NCBI GenBank assembly: GCA_043228905.1
Contig: JBHGNT010000010.1
Location: 21,390,001-21,454,000 of the forward strand
Direction of reading: 5' to 3'
Origin: Azolla caroliniana
Lineage: Eukaryota; Plantae; Polypodiophyta
Length of the DNA: 64,000 nt
The position numbers were made by a program, and so were the translations under genes. Position 1 is the first letter of the stretch; each line of letters opens with the position of its first letter. This document shows, piece by piece, positions 40,866-52,465 of this stretch. The notes beneath the pieces were generated by a model. The model worked only from the letters and a program-made list of their open reading frames with translations, was not told the DNA's origin and did not search any database.

Positions 40866-43483
40866 TTAATGTCTCAATTTATTCATTAGGTAGTGCAATG
40901 GTCTACTCCTTTTCTTGATATAGGAGTAAGGTGGAACATCTGGATACAATAATTCAAAAAGTCAGAATTCAAAAAACAAAAAGCATACTTGGGACATTGA
41001 TAATTTTATATTGAACTGTCACCTCCTTCGGGATAAACAGAATTGTAGTGAACCTCAGACCAAAAGCTCAGAAAAAATACTGCACACAAACATTGGATCA
41101 CTTTATGCAAAGAAACAACGACACATTTTTTTGAATTAGAAACAGACTGAAATACAAACCTCTTTCAGACTTTTGTTGCCTTGGCAATATTTCAATAAAA
41201 CACGTATCCTTGAAGGATGTCAAAAGACATATCCTCACTCCATACTGAATACAAGGAAAGTCCAAGTTTATCTCTCTTTTTCCTCCATAAATGTGTTAGT
41301 GCTTACTCTGCGGGGTTGTACCCAAGTTTTAAGTTTTACTAGCCCATGCACCCAGTTCAATTCTTAATATATGGACCACTTTATTCTAGATAATGCAGAA
41401 TGTAGGGGTGGAATGCATGTCCCTTCTGGTCCCATCCAGACAACCTTCACCCTCCCTCCCCCTCATAAACATGGTACCTTTCTATCATGAACTTCTGATA
41501 TGAAACAGAACACATTTTATGATAACATTTTATACATACAAAATCAGCAGCTGCTTGCAATGTGACATGATCTCCCCACTCTCCAGACCTTGAAATATCA
41601 AAAAACATCTTAATAATGAGGACAGCCAGGTGATAAGACCCTTTGGCCTATTTACTACAAATTAAGTTTCTTAAAAGTGAGACAAATGATATACTGGCAA
41701 ATCAGAAGCATACTTAGACATTTTCTTGACATAGTCACTGTATTTCATTGGTACATATGCTTCATAAAACTCAGGATGGAATCTAAGCTGTAAGACAAAC
41801 ACAAGGCCACAGAGAAGGTTCATCCATACACTTGAATCACATGAAAGATAAAAAATGAAGAAGATATCTGGAACCTGATTTACAACATCGATTCTGACAG
41901 ATTTATGGCACATGGGAGTCCGGTAAAGCTGATCAGAGAATGCACGAAACTGATCTCCCAAATTACATATTACAATAAAAGAAAAAAGATTCAGTGCAAG
42001 AATAAAACTTCTTAGAGTATGTAATGTATATATAGCAGTACTTTGAGTTTGAATGCATAATGGCCAAAAAAAATTAATGAGTTCTTATCCATAATCTTTC
42101 ATGAAAGACAAGATACTGTTTTTTGTAACAGTCTAACAATATATTAATTAAATGTAACAATGACATCTTACGAAGACCAAAGAAAAGGAATCACCACTTA
42201 GTATATTTTAATTCTTCACATAAATTGCCATGGAAACTGTGTTTCAATATATACATAATTCTTCACATAAATTCGCAAAATGCCTCTCCTTTTTCTTATA
42301 CACAGTAAAAGCATACATATATTTGTGCAAACACATCAGCTTAACAACATGGCAAAAACAATATGTTGCTGTCATGTGTATGTAAATTACCTGGCAATTC
42401 CCATCACCATCAACCTTGAACTCGCTTAATCCATACTGCCTCAACCTGGAGTTAACAAAGGATGTTACTATTACTTCTTCTCAACTTGACACAAAGGTAA
42501 GATATCTTAGCTCAACTATCTCATTTCAGCGACTCAGAAAGGAAAGACAACCAGGATGTTACTATTGCTTCTTCTCAACTTGACACAAGGGACAGATATC
42601 TTAGCTCAACCATTTCATTTCAGTGACCCAGAAGATCAAGCAGCCAAAGTGAAGGCGTATTGATGAGAAAAATGATTCAGGAATTGCCATCAAGCAGCCT
42701 AGTAGGTCCCTATGCTAGGTAACACGAATGTTAAGAGTGGAGGAATACTTGATCTCTCTCGTTACAATCAATTTTTATACCTATCCAGTAGCCTCTGATG
42801 TGCAGAAGACGCATCATCAACAGTTGGAATGTCCCCATTAACCCTTGGAACATGCTGCAAAAAAAGAAGTAATTATATTCATGAATGTTTTTGTAAGCAA
42901 ATACACTCAGGATTTCTCCATCTCTAGCTCAGATATAACGTAGGGTCCCATAACCAGCTTATAAAACATACTTGAGATAGGTGCAACGAAGTGTTGGCTT
43001 ACAGGAATTGAGTCCATATGATTCAATCTTCTTCCAACTTCTGCATCAAAAATTGCAAAATCCTCTGAAATCTCCGGTACCCTACAACTTTCATGCTCTG
43101 ACTCCCAGTGGTATGTAGCATTCAGGTTGTAGTCATTTGCCCACATAGCTGATTTGAATTTCCTCTTAGGGTCATGCTTATTATATATACATTATCTATC
43201 TATCTACATAAAACATACAATCTAGAATACCTGTCTGAGCTGAATTTGAAGGTTCACCCCATTCATGAAACCTTTTATATCCTTCGTCCTCTTGGAGTGT
43301 ACGAGCAATAATTTCATCATTCTCCAAAGAGGTATTTCCTGTCACTACATCGGACTCCACTGGTTCATAGAGTTCTGTTTGAACGTGACCATTGAATCCC
43401 TCACTACTCGAGCCAAATCCTGGATAACCCTCCAGCAAATCTTGTAGGCCCCATCTAACTAAAAGAGGGTCATCTGTAACCAT
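40866..43483 (-). CDS. OTU-domain deubiquitinase (plant OTU9-12 clade), multi-exon
   Basis: MVTDDPLLVRWGL...ENDEIIARTLQEDE...EVGRRLNHMDSIP / HVPRVNGDIPTVDDASSAHQRLLDR / LRQYGLSEFKVDGDGNCQ / FRAFSDQLYRTP... / SGEWGDHVTLQAAADF / YGVRICLLTSFKDTCFIEILP / FLSFWSEVHYNSVYPEG / DVPPYSYIKKRSR...*. Catalytic Cys and His are present. A probable non-coding first exon lies near 47235-47520 (donor cag|gtactc), with its acceptor at ~43549. Confidence 0.92.
41298..41451 (-). mobile_element. tRNA-derived SINE copy 2 (degenerate, in an OTU intron)
   Basis: The minus strand GGTGAAGGTTGTCTGGATGGGACCAGAAGGGACATGCATTCCACCCCTACATTC aligns with copies 1 and 3. Confidence 0.5.
42460..42635. repeat. ~94-bp tandem duplication in an OTU intron
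   Basis: ggatgttactatt.cttcttctcaacttgacacaa.g..agatatcttagctcaac.at.tcatttcag.gac.cagaa at 42460 and 42554. Confidence 0.85.
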
Positions 43484-43599
43484 TGTTATGCCGCAAAGTG
43501 ATTTGATCTAAAAGTGTGTGAAATCCTTTGTTTGGTGCAAGAAGGTACCTGTAAATGAATGACTCTCTCTCCCTCTCTCTCTTTTATTTTTATTTACTT

Positions 43600-44065
43600 T
43601 TTTTCTTAGTTACATTTAATTTGGTTTGTTGTTCTCAAAGAAATTATCTTAAGATTTCATCTCTTGTTTGGACTTATAGGTCATTTTGGCTTCTTAAAAG
43701 AACTTAATATTTCTCTCTTTGCAGGCCCCGGCCTCGTGGACCACAATTTCACCACTCTTGCATGTAAAGGCCCTTTATCTCTTACCATCAGAGGTGCTTT
43801 CCTCACTTTTGAGACCTCTCCATTTTGGATCAACCTATGCTAGAGATCTTTCGAAGACAAAAATTAATATATATCTGCCTTACGAATCTTACATATATAG
43901 ATGACAAGATTCTTTTCTCATGTCTTACTCAATTTCTATTTCTTTCTCTACTTAGTTACATTTGTTTTGGTTTGTTTTTCTCAAAGACAAGCCAACATTT
44001 TAAGATGTAATCTCTTTGTTTGGTCTTATAGGCCATTGTGGCCTCTTAAAAGATGTTAAAATATC
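43600..44065. repeat. Diverged ~110-bp direct repeat (copies ~345 bp apart)
   Basis: cttagttacattt..tttggtttgtt.ttctcaaaga...taagat...atctctt.gtttgg.cttatagg.catt.tggc.tcttaaaaga at ~43605 and ~43951. Confidence 0.7.
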
Positions 44066-44215
44066 TTTTTCTTCTATATTTCTCTCCATGTAAATGGAGA
44101 TGCCACCAACGTAGATTCTATGCACTGAAATTTCCCTTTGACATGACATTAGCAATATATGCATTATAAGAAGTTTCCAAGGAGGCTATTCAGAGGTCAT
44201 CACAAGCGCCACAAT

Positions 44216-44712
44216 TGTAGTGATTCCACCCATAAGGTAATGTTCTATTCCCACAACATGGCTGGTACGGGTATGACCCTATAATATCCCGTGGTAAGTT
44301 GTACCGTAGTATTCTACACACGAGGATAACTTGTGAGGGTTAACCAAGAGTGTAAAGAAGGTAGGATTACTTTTAATCCTAGGTATTGAGACAACCCATT
44401 AAGGCCAAGTGTGAACTTGCCTGGGGGCCTTAGGTCTGGCTATGAATATGAGGCCTAGCTACCCTCATTGGATACAGTCGAGACTCTGATCTTGTGGTGA
44501 TAAACTCTTGTAACGAGTGCGCCAGCACCAAGTACGACTCAATGCCACGGCAGTGGTATGGGATGCCGATCGAGGCTCGAGTCCGTCTCGATCCCTTCGC
44601 TCGGGGGTGGTTGGGTGGATCAGCACCCTTCTTTCTCTCTCCTCTCTCATCTATCTATCTATTATTTCCTTATCATATGCTTACATTAGGATTAAGCTCT
44701 AACAGTTGGTAT
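44216..44712 (+). mobile_element. LTR-like remnant followed by a degenerate PBS
   Basis: Locally GC-rich, with a TATA-like ctatgaata-tgagg. It ends ...ctctaACA-gt-TGGTAT, resembling an LTR end plus a tRNA-iMet PBS. The left boundary is uncertain and no TSD was found. Confidence 0.4.
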
Positions 44713-45149
44713 TGGCCATTGGCCCTATATTATACTCGTAACATATGGAAGCAACTTTCAATATATTGTGAACCCAAATAAGTCAATAATTGATTGGGAT
44801 AGGTTTTTTGGGGATAAAGACTAAAGCCATGAACTTCCACACATCCACAACAACTCACCAGCAAAAGCCGTCTTCACCCAAGCAAAAGGGCAGGTTGAAG
44901 AAGTTACAAACACCGATGGCCGCTTCTCTATGACCCAAGCTGTCAAAGATTGACACACTTGAGGCTATGCAGCTCAAACAACAAAGCCATCAGGCAGTTT
45001 TAGGAATCTCATACAAAAGTACAGTTATTCAACACCGTGGGAACCCTCCCTCTCATGTATGGTGCAGCTATATGGGCTCCAGTCTCCCCATTGAACACAT
45101 GGACAAATAGTGTCCATCAGAAATGATGTTACAAATGATATGTATGGTG

Positions 45150-45910
45150 TACCAAAGCCTCGACCCAAATGAGATCAACACAAGCTTTTATTTTTGTTTC
45201 GATGCAACCATAACGCTCGAATTCAGGTTTCTCCATTCCAAAATGAATTGTACAATGGAACATAAGGCTGGTTCCCAACACACAGTTTTCTAAACAGGGA
45301 CCATCTAAGTGTTATCGTGTATCTGTCCACATCTAAAGGCACAGCTTTTTAAGGAGAACAGATATGATCCAATGAAATCCAAGTAAAACCACAATGTGCT
45401 GAGTCCTTTTGCTACAACATGAACTGAATTGATTGTATACTAGCAGCTAATATGACAACATCGGTAGCATAATCATCCGAATAACCTTTAGATGCACATG
45501 GAAAGGGCATGCGTGTGAATTCCAATAGACAAATTTGTCTGGCAATATGCATTAAGATCCAATCAAGCAACTATTTAGACATGTTGCATGCCTGAGGGAT
45601 GTCCTAGGTGTTTTGCAATATTTCCATGAGTTACCTCCTGCCCCTGCTATCCCAAAAAAGAAAATTGTGTTCTACGCAATTGATGAATTCGGATTTGATA
45701 GTATCGATATGTACATCCAAAGTCAATGTAAAATGGTCCTATATGTTCATGGCCTATGAATATTGTCTGGGTCAGCCTTCAAAAAAAAGGCTTGGCCAAC
45801 AGAGAAGGAAGACACAAACATATCATATCTCCATTTGTCACCAGCTAGGATAAAATTGCCAAAATAGGGTGCCGTATAAGAGCGAAAGACTGAGAGGACG
45901 CCATATCTAA
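45150..45910 (-). mobile_element. Decayed L1-type LINE ORF2 (RT and post-RT) fragment in the OTU leader intron
   Basis: Broken frames give collinear motifs FALIRHPILAIL..LVTNGD, HIDTIKSEF (cf. IN..KS), KHLGHPSG (cf. KYLGLP.G), KFVYWNSH...LKVIRMIMLPMLSY and WISLDHICSP (cf. W..IC.PK). Confidence 0.55.
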
Positions 45911-47839
45911 AGACCTTGAAAAGAAGAATGATTCTGCTGATGATGTAGATCAAGCAAGAAATACGAGAACCAAAACCTGTATTTTGTATGATGTGAGCTA
46001 AAAAAAACTAATCAAGATAATCAAACATTTTCTTGAAATTGAACTGAATCATAACAATCTCCTGATTTGTATGTTGGGAATACTCTATTGACATTTGTAC
46101 ATTCTAAATATTATCCAAAATTTTCCGTCTCCCAAAAGTGCATTCCTAGTATTGTCAGTGATGCTGATTCGGGGGTCTTGAAATAGGAAATCTTGAGAAT
46201 CACGCCTCATGTCCTTGTATGTATGTGAGGGTGGCATATTCTTCTTCTAATGGTACGTTCTAATTTTCAGATAGCACCCAGTTTGTATTTTCATGTGTAC
46301 AGGCATGTCTGCAAACGTTCTATTGGGTTTTGAACTCAAGCTCTTGGATGGATCCAAAGTCCAATTTCCTAACTACTAGGGATTACATGCTTCTGGAGTG
46401 TGCTCTACCATGACTGTTGGTCTCCATGGACATTATTGTATCATCATCACCACTCTTTCCACTTCCTTTTCAATAAAAGGTACTCCCACAACACCCTTTA
46501 CTATAATTTATATCTTCATTGTGATTCCCTATTTCAATAAATGTCTTATCTTCTAAGTAGGCAAACACCTTGAGACATTAACAACAATTCCTTGTTTGAT
46601 TCAAATAGGCGTTGGCAAAATAATTGTAAATCATGTCGGCAGTTCTAATCTCGAACACTTATATAGGGGACCTGATTCCACTTTTGACCATTCTAATGAA
46701 ACCTGACCAGGATAAACGGGTGATCAACCAACAGACTCCGCCTCTAAACAGATATTCTGAATGCAATCTAAACAGATATTCTGAATGCAATCTACACCAT
46801 CTACACGGAAGATGGATCAAAACCTGAATCTGATGGCAATCAATTTCTGATAGAACCATCGATGCAAATCATTACGTTGAGATAAACGGGAAGGGAATAT
46901 TCCGGGCTGTATATAGCCAATCCGAGTTGTAAAAAAAATGTTTTTTTTATTTTGTTTTCTTCTCACACACACAATCTCTCTTTTCTTCTGTTTCCTGATG
47001 GGCTTACCCTAATGGTAAGCTATTAGGCAACCAACATAACATCACGAATTCAAATGATTTACTATCACAGATATTTGTCACAGCATAAGTACATCAAGCT
47101 AACAACCTCACAGTCTTCAATCAATTCGCACAACGATCTCAACTATTGCTCGATTGGCATGTCTCTCTCTCTCTCTACTGAGAAATCTGATTGATAGAAA
47201 TATGGAAAAAACCAACAATCGCATAGAGAGTACCTGAAGGGGAAGATTTAGAACCGTCGCAGAAAGCTCAGAAGAAGGAGAAGGAGAAGGAGAAGGAGAA
47301 GACGAAGATTGGAGCCTTTCCGCCCACGTCGCAGAAATTACGCATAGAAATTATGCATATATATATATATATATTCTTCTCGCTCTCGCAGGGAACGCAA
47401 AAGCAAAACAAGCAAATAAGTAAGTCTACATAGATTCTTATTGTCCACCCTACGATCAACAGTGGGATCGGACGGCTCACAATCTTCAATCCCTCGTGCT
47501 TTACTTTTCTCCACGTTAGGAAATGGATCATCACAACCTCTCTCTCTCTCTCTCTCTAAAAGCACACAAATTCACAATTATATTAAATGTATGTATAAAA
47601 TCCACTTGGTAGAACTTCTATGTCTTCTCTAGCTACCTATCTATGGAGGGAGAGCGGGACATTCTGTAAAGCCATTAGAAAACCTAAAATATACACTCGA
47701 GGAAATGATCGCCACATGCTCTAACATCTAGAATTTCCAATGAGAATGAATGCCTTTCAAACCTAGGCTTTCACCCCATGTCTACCTACTATCAAACATG
47801 AAAGCATTGCCCATATGTCCAATTGTGTCGCAGTCCCCA

Positions 47840-48670
47840 ATATCATAAGAATTGGAACAATATCTCTAGCTCGTCATTGTTGGGTGGTGTTGCAATCTTG
47901 GCTTTGGAAATGCATTTGATGGCTCATAGATTTGCATTATTACGAGATGTGTATGAACAAGATCAACCAGAAGGATTAGTCCATGGGAAATCTAAGATTC
48001 AAGCATCGTCGTGGTCATTGCTCAATAGATGTATTCCTCCGAAAATTCAACATTTTGTATGTGCGCAACAATTGGTAAAGTCATGGCAAGATGCATTATC
48101 TTTTTCTTAGTGGGCACAATCAAGTAATCTAGAACTTTGTGATCCAATACAAAATGAATTGCTCGTTTCTTCTCAATTGTTGCATTGGCATGGAAAAGTT
48201 GAGATGTCAATTTAATCATTTATTTCGATTGGGGGGTGTAGACTTGGGAAACGTGGTTGATGACAACTCTCAAAGGTTGTCGAAATTTCAATGAGAAATT
48301 ACAAGATATACCATTGTTGCAAGGATCATTGCCAATAAAAACAAAATGTTGCACCTTGGGTGGATTGGCAACTAAAGGGTGGTACACGCTTCTTACAAGT
48401 CACTACAAATATATTGTATCATCATGCAATGGATCATTATCTTAGCTATCACCTAAAGCAGGAAAGGCATGGAATGTATGTAAATCAGATGCTAAGTTGC
48501 GGCAAATATTGCAATGTAGTTGGGATTCCCATTTGCCATTCGTGCAAATGTATTCATATGGAGAATCATGATTGTTGGGCCACCAGTATGTTTAGCCTTA
48601 ACAAGAGAAGGACTAGAGTAAGGCACGTGCTTCTTTTGCACTATGGGGAACAATACACATAGATTCTTTA
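47840..48670 (+). mobile_element. Decayed L1-type LINE ORF2 C-terminal fragment (post-RT and zf-RVT)
   Basis: HKNWNNISSSSLLGGVAILALEMHLMAHRFALLR (cf. W..I..PK..GGLGI..L...AL), then WDSHLP, FIWRIMIVGPPV and TCFFC...HRFF (cf. zf-RVT FLWR...LP...C..C...HLFF), with stops and frameshifts. Confidence 0.55.
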
Positions 48671-48802
48671 AATTTCTAATAACACATATCATTTGGAAGT
48701 ACTTATCGGATATTTGGCAAGTTTTAACTTATTGTTATTTGATGCCTCAAAAATGGTTTTTTGCTGAATATGTTCAAAATAACTCTCTCTCTTTTATTGT
48801 AA

Positions 48803-48975
48803 TTAGCTTACCCTGGTGGTAAATCATTTACACCACTAGCACTACATCTTGGATTCAAAACCCAATTTTTACACCTCTCTATTACTCCATAGATATCTCT
48901 AATTCCACTAGATGCCACTATGGAATGTAGGGGTTGAACCCATGACCACCTGGTCTCCATTGGGCAACCTTACCA
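48803..48975 (-). mobile_element. tRNA-derived SINE copy 3 (B box retained)
   Basis: The minus strand reads TGGTAAGGTTGCCCAATGGAGACCAGGTGGTCATGGGTTCAACCCCTACATTCC. GGTTCAACCC is B-box-like, and the 3' body resembles copy 2. Confidence 0.55.
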
Positions 48976-51900
48976 ATCTCTCTTTCTCTCTCCCCTTTTC
49001 TTCATCCCATGGGCCTCTCAATCCATCTTTGACCTAACCTATCTAGTTTCAACATAGGGCCATGGGGTAAGCTCGAATGAACCCTTACTTTCATACATCC
49101 TCATTTCGCTATATACCATTGCTTCTCCTGCACTATGATTAGTGCTTGGACATTCGCATATCAAACAAACTGTCTCATTTGTGGTCATCAAACAATTGGC
49201 ACAACAATCTCAACTGGGGCATGATGGCACACTCAGTTTGTGTCTTTGTTTTAGGCTATCGTCATATACGGTTATTGTCAGTTTCTCACAACTTTGTTAC
49301 ACCACATATCACTTCTTAACTACTCTTTGTGTCACAAAACTATCAAAGCATAAACATTTTGAAGTTTGTCATAGAATTACCTCCCCACCATAAAATTGAT
49401 GCTTCCACCCAAGTTAGGAGCTAACAAAGCATACAACTAGATTCCATAGATGAGAATGAGGTCTAGGATCCTACTTGTGGTTTTTCTAGCCACCAATTGT
49501 TTCACATGTTGGCTTGTTGCTAATGCCTACAAATGAGAGATACATACATCTATACGTATCTCTTGTTCATATATTGTTGCAAATGTTCCAAATAAATAAA
49601 GCTTACATCATCTCTATGCCAAACAACACAAAAAATCCATTAAACAAGATTCTCATCAAAATTTCTTAACAAAAACTCTCTCTATATTAAGTGTTTTTAC
49701 AAATACTCGAAACATCATTAAGTGACACATGATGTCAAGTCATCATCAAAAAACATGTTTTAGGCCTATTTTAGTTATTATTGGCGTTGCAACAACTTTC
49801 TCATTGTGGCAGTCCTCTTTTTAATATAATTCAAGATTGAAATATTATTAGCTAATATTACCTTTCAAAGGGGAATTTTGTCGTTGTTGATCATTCTTTG
49901 TATCTTGGAATATGTGTCAACTTCACTGTTGTACAACTATTCTTTGAGAGGAAATATGTGGTGTGCACAACTTAAAAGATGTCATAATGAATAATACACT
50001 AATTATGCCACTATTCATGCTAGAATGCATTATCCTAACTGTCATTCTCTCATGGTTTTTATACTTGTATTCAACATTGTGAAACGGAAGGCAACATTTC
50101 CCACTTTACTTAATTTGGATGTAATGTTATGTTACATTTAGCTACTTGCATATTGTATTGCATAAAACATAGCTAGATATAAAGAATTGAGGTCATCTAT
50201 CAAGCCATCATCTTTTCACGAAGTTGTATAAATTTAGGATCTTGTTATTATATTCAATATCCTTGTACATAATCTTGACAAACACCAAGAGTCAGATAAA
50301 ACAATGTGTACATCACTCAAAAGAATGTGAACAAGTGCACATAGAAAATTAAAGATAAACTTGTTGACAGAAAAAATGTAAAAATATGAATAATTGTTCT
50401 CCATTCTTAAATATTTATCACACATGAAATAACCATGAGATGTAAGAACAATCATTCACATAATCCATGGATTTCTTCGTCTTTCCTCACTACAAAATCT
50501 AGTGTGCACTAGAAGGAATAAATACTAGCAAGAACTACTTCCCTTGAACACTATACCAACAATAGAGTCATGAGTTCCGCCTTAATTCCATACATATTCC
50601 TGAGTTTAAGTTACTCCCAAATATGTACTCTTTATTCAAACCCAAATGAAACAAAGAAACAAGAGAAGATGGGAATGAATTGATCGCATCATTGTTGGGA
50701 GAGGGTGTTAAGGCCATGTGGGAGGGATATAATATCAAATTGCATGTGCCAACCACAAAATTTTATTTTCTTCAATGCAATCACGTAAGCATATTTTTAT
50801 ATATACAATTATAAATTGTGGATTAACCTATTATGTCTATGTTTTCTCTGTATGGGAATGATTGCCTCTCCATTATTAGACTATTATATCATTCTTGTTC
50901 TCAATATACTCATATCTCCTACAATTGAGGTTGAGTTTCCGTACATGTTCATTCATCATCTCTATTATATTCTTTTCTTTGTTATTTATTCAGTGCTGGA
51001 GTTTTGTTATTGTTGTGAGGTGAATTTAAAGATTTTATGTATAAGACATATTATCATTTATATATCTTTCTATAGCATATCACTCTCAATGATCCTTGCA
51101 TTTGAGAAAATCTCAACATGTACTAGTACTATGTTACCATGATGTATATATCGTCTTTGCTTCAAACCTGGATCTATCCTTGTGAGTTGCATAGTAAACA
51201 AAATGTTTTGAAAAGTGGCTAAAGTTTCATGTAATATATTCAACAAAGGTAAGCCCACAAATATCTTTATTTATTCCAAATAATATACACTAAACCCGTG
51301 CAAAGCATATATTAGTACTTTTCTTGTACCAACAATTCCAATAATTGATGCAACAACAAACCTTGTGACTCAACAGCAAAACATATCATGGATCATGTTT
51401 GTATAAATTTGAGTAATACAACATGAAGCATATTTGTAATAAATGCCAAAATATGTGCAAAACAAAATGCCAATTTCCAAACATATATGTTTGGATAAAT
51501 TTGGGTTTTTTATTTGATGTAACACCTTGAAAATTTTGAAAATATGTTATCTGAGATTTTTTACTAACCTTACATTCTTGGCTTTGAATCTATTAATAAA
51601 CTATTATGGCTAGGCACGACAATATTAGAAGAGGATATTTATCTTCGACCTAGATACCTACACAGTAAAACAAAATCTATGGAATCCAGCATAAGCAATT
51701 AACTGGTCGAATCTCTCGTGCATTTTGATGATTTACATATTTAATTAATCGCATGAACTTATAGCCTCTTCCAAATTATTAACCCCTCAGAATTTCACAC
51801 TTCTGGGAACTACCATGGATAATGGTAAAAAGCACATCCAGTACACAAACGCTGAAACAATTTCAAAGGTGCAAAACTGTTCTGGATGAATAGGTCAGGA

Positions 51901-52465
51901 ATGAGATTTGGAAAGGTACATAGTTTGAAGATACTATCATACAATGACACTGTAAAAGTTCAATAACAATAAGATGTCAATACGCTATACAATTAGTATA
52001 TTCTCAAGGGGTACATATGACTTGGACTGCCATATTTCCCTATCATTTTCATCAGTAATATACTAAATATTTGATTGAACTTTACATTGTCCTATGGGTC
52101 AATAGATACAAATTCAAGTGGACAACCTAAACTAAGTGGTGCTGCATTGCTTGAACTTTGCTCACTTCCATGTGCTCGAACTGATGGGTGATCAACCGAG
52201 AATTGAATGGAGGAATATGACTCCATGACGCACAATAAGTGTACAATCTCCGGTAATTGTATGGTTCTGATGTCCACTTTCAATAATCCCACACACTAAA
52301 TGTAAGGTTATGCTGCGGCCTATAAAATCATAATTTCAGTTATTGCAGAATATTGATATTTGAATGGCTGCATGTCAATAATTCTTAGAGCAGCACTAAC
52401 TTCCTAAGAAACCGATTTAATTCTTAGAAGAAAGATTTGTTGAGGATACAAACCCAGAAACAGAT

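Noticed and set aside
52092-52292. 66-aa ORF downstream of MKK3 as an extra exon
   Set aside because: MKK3 already ends canonically at KQELFLQQ*, so this is most likely 3'UTR.
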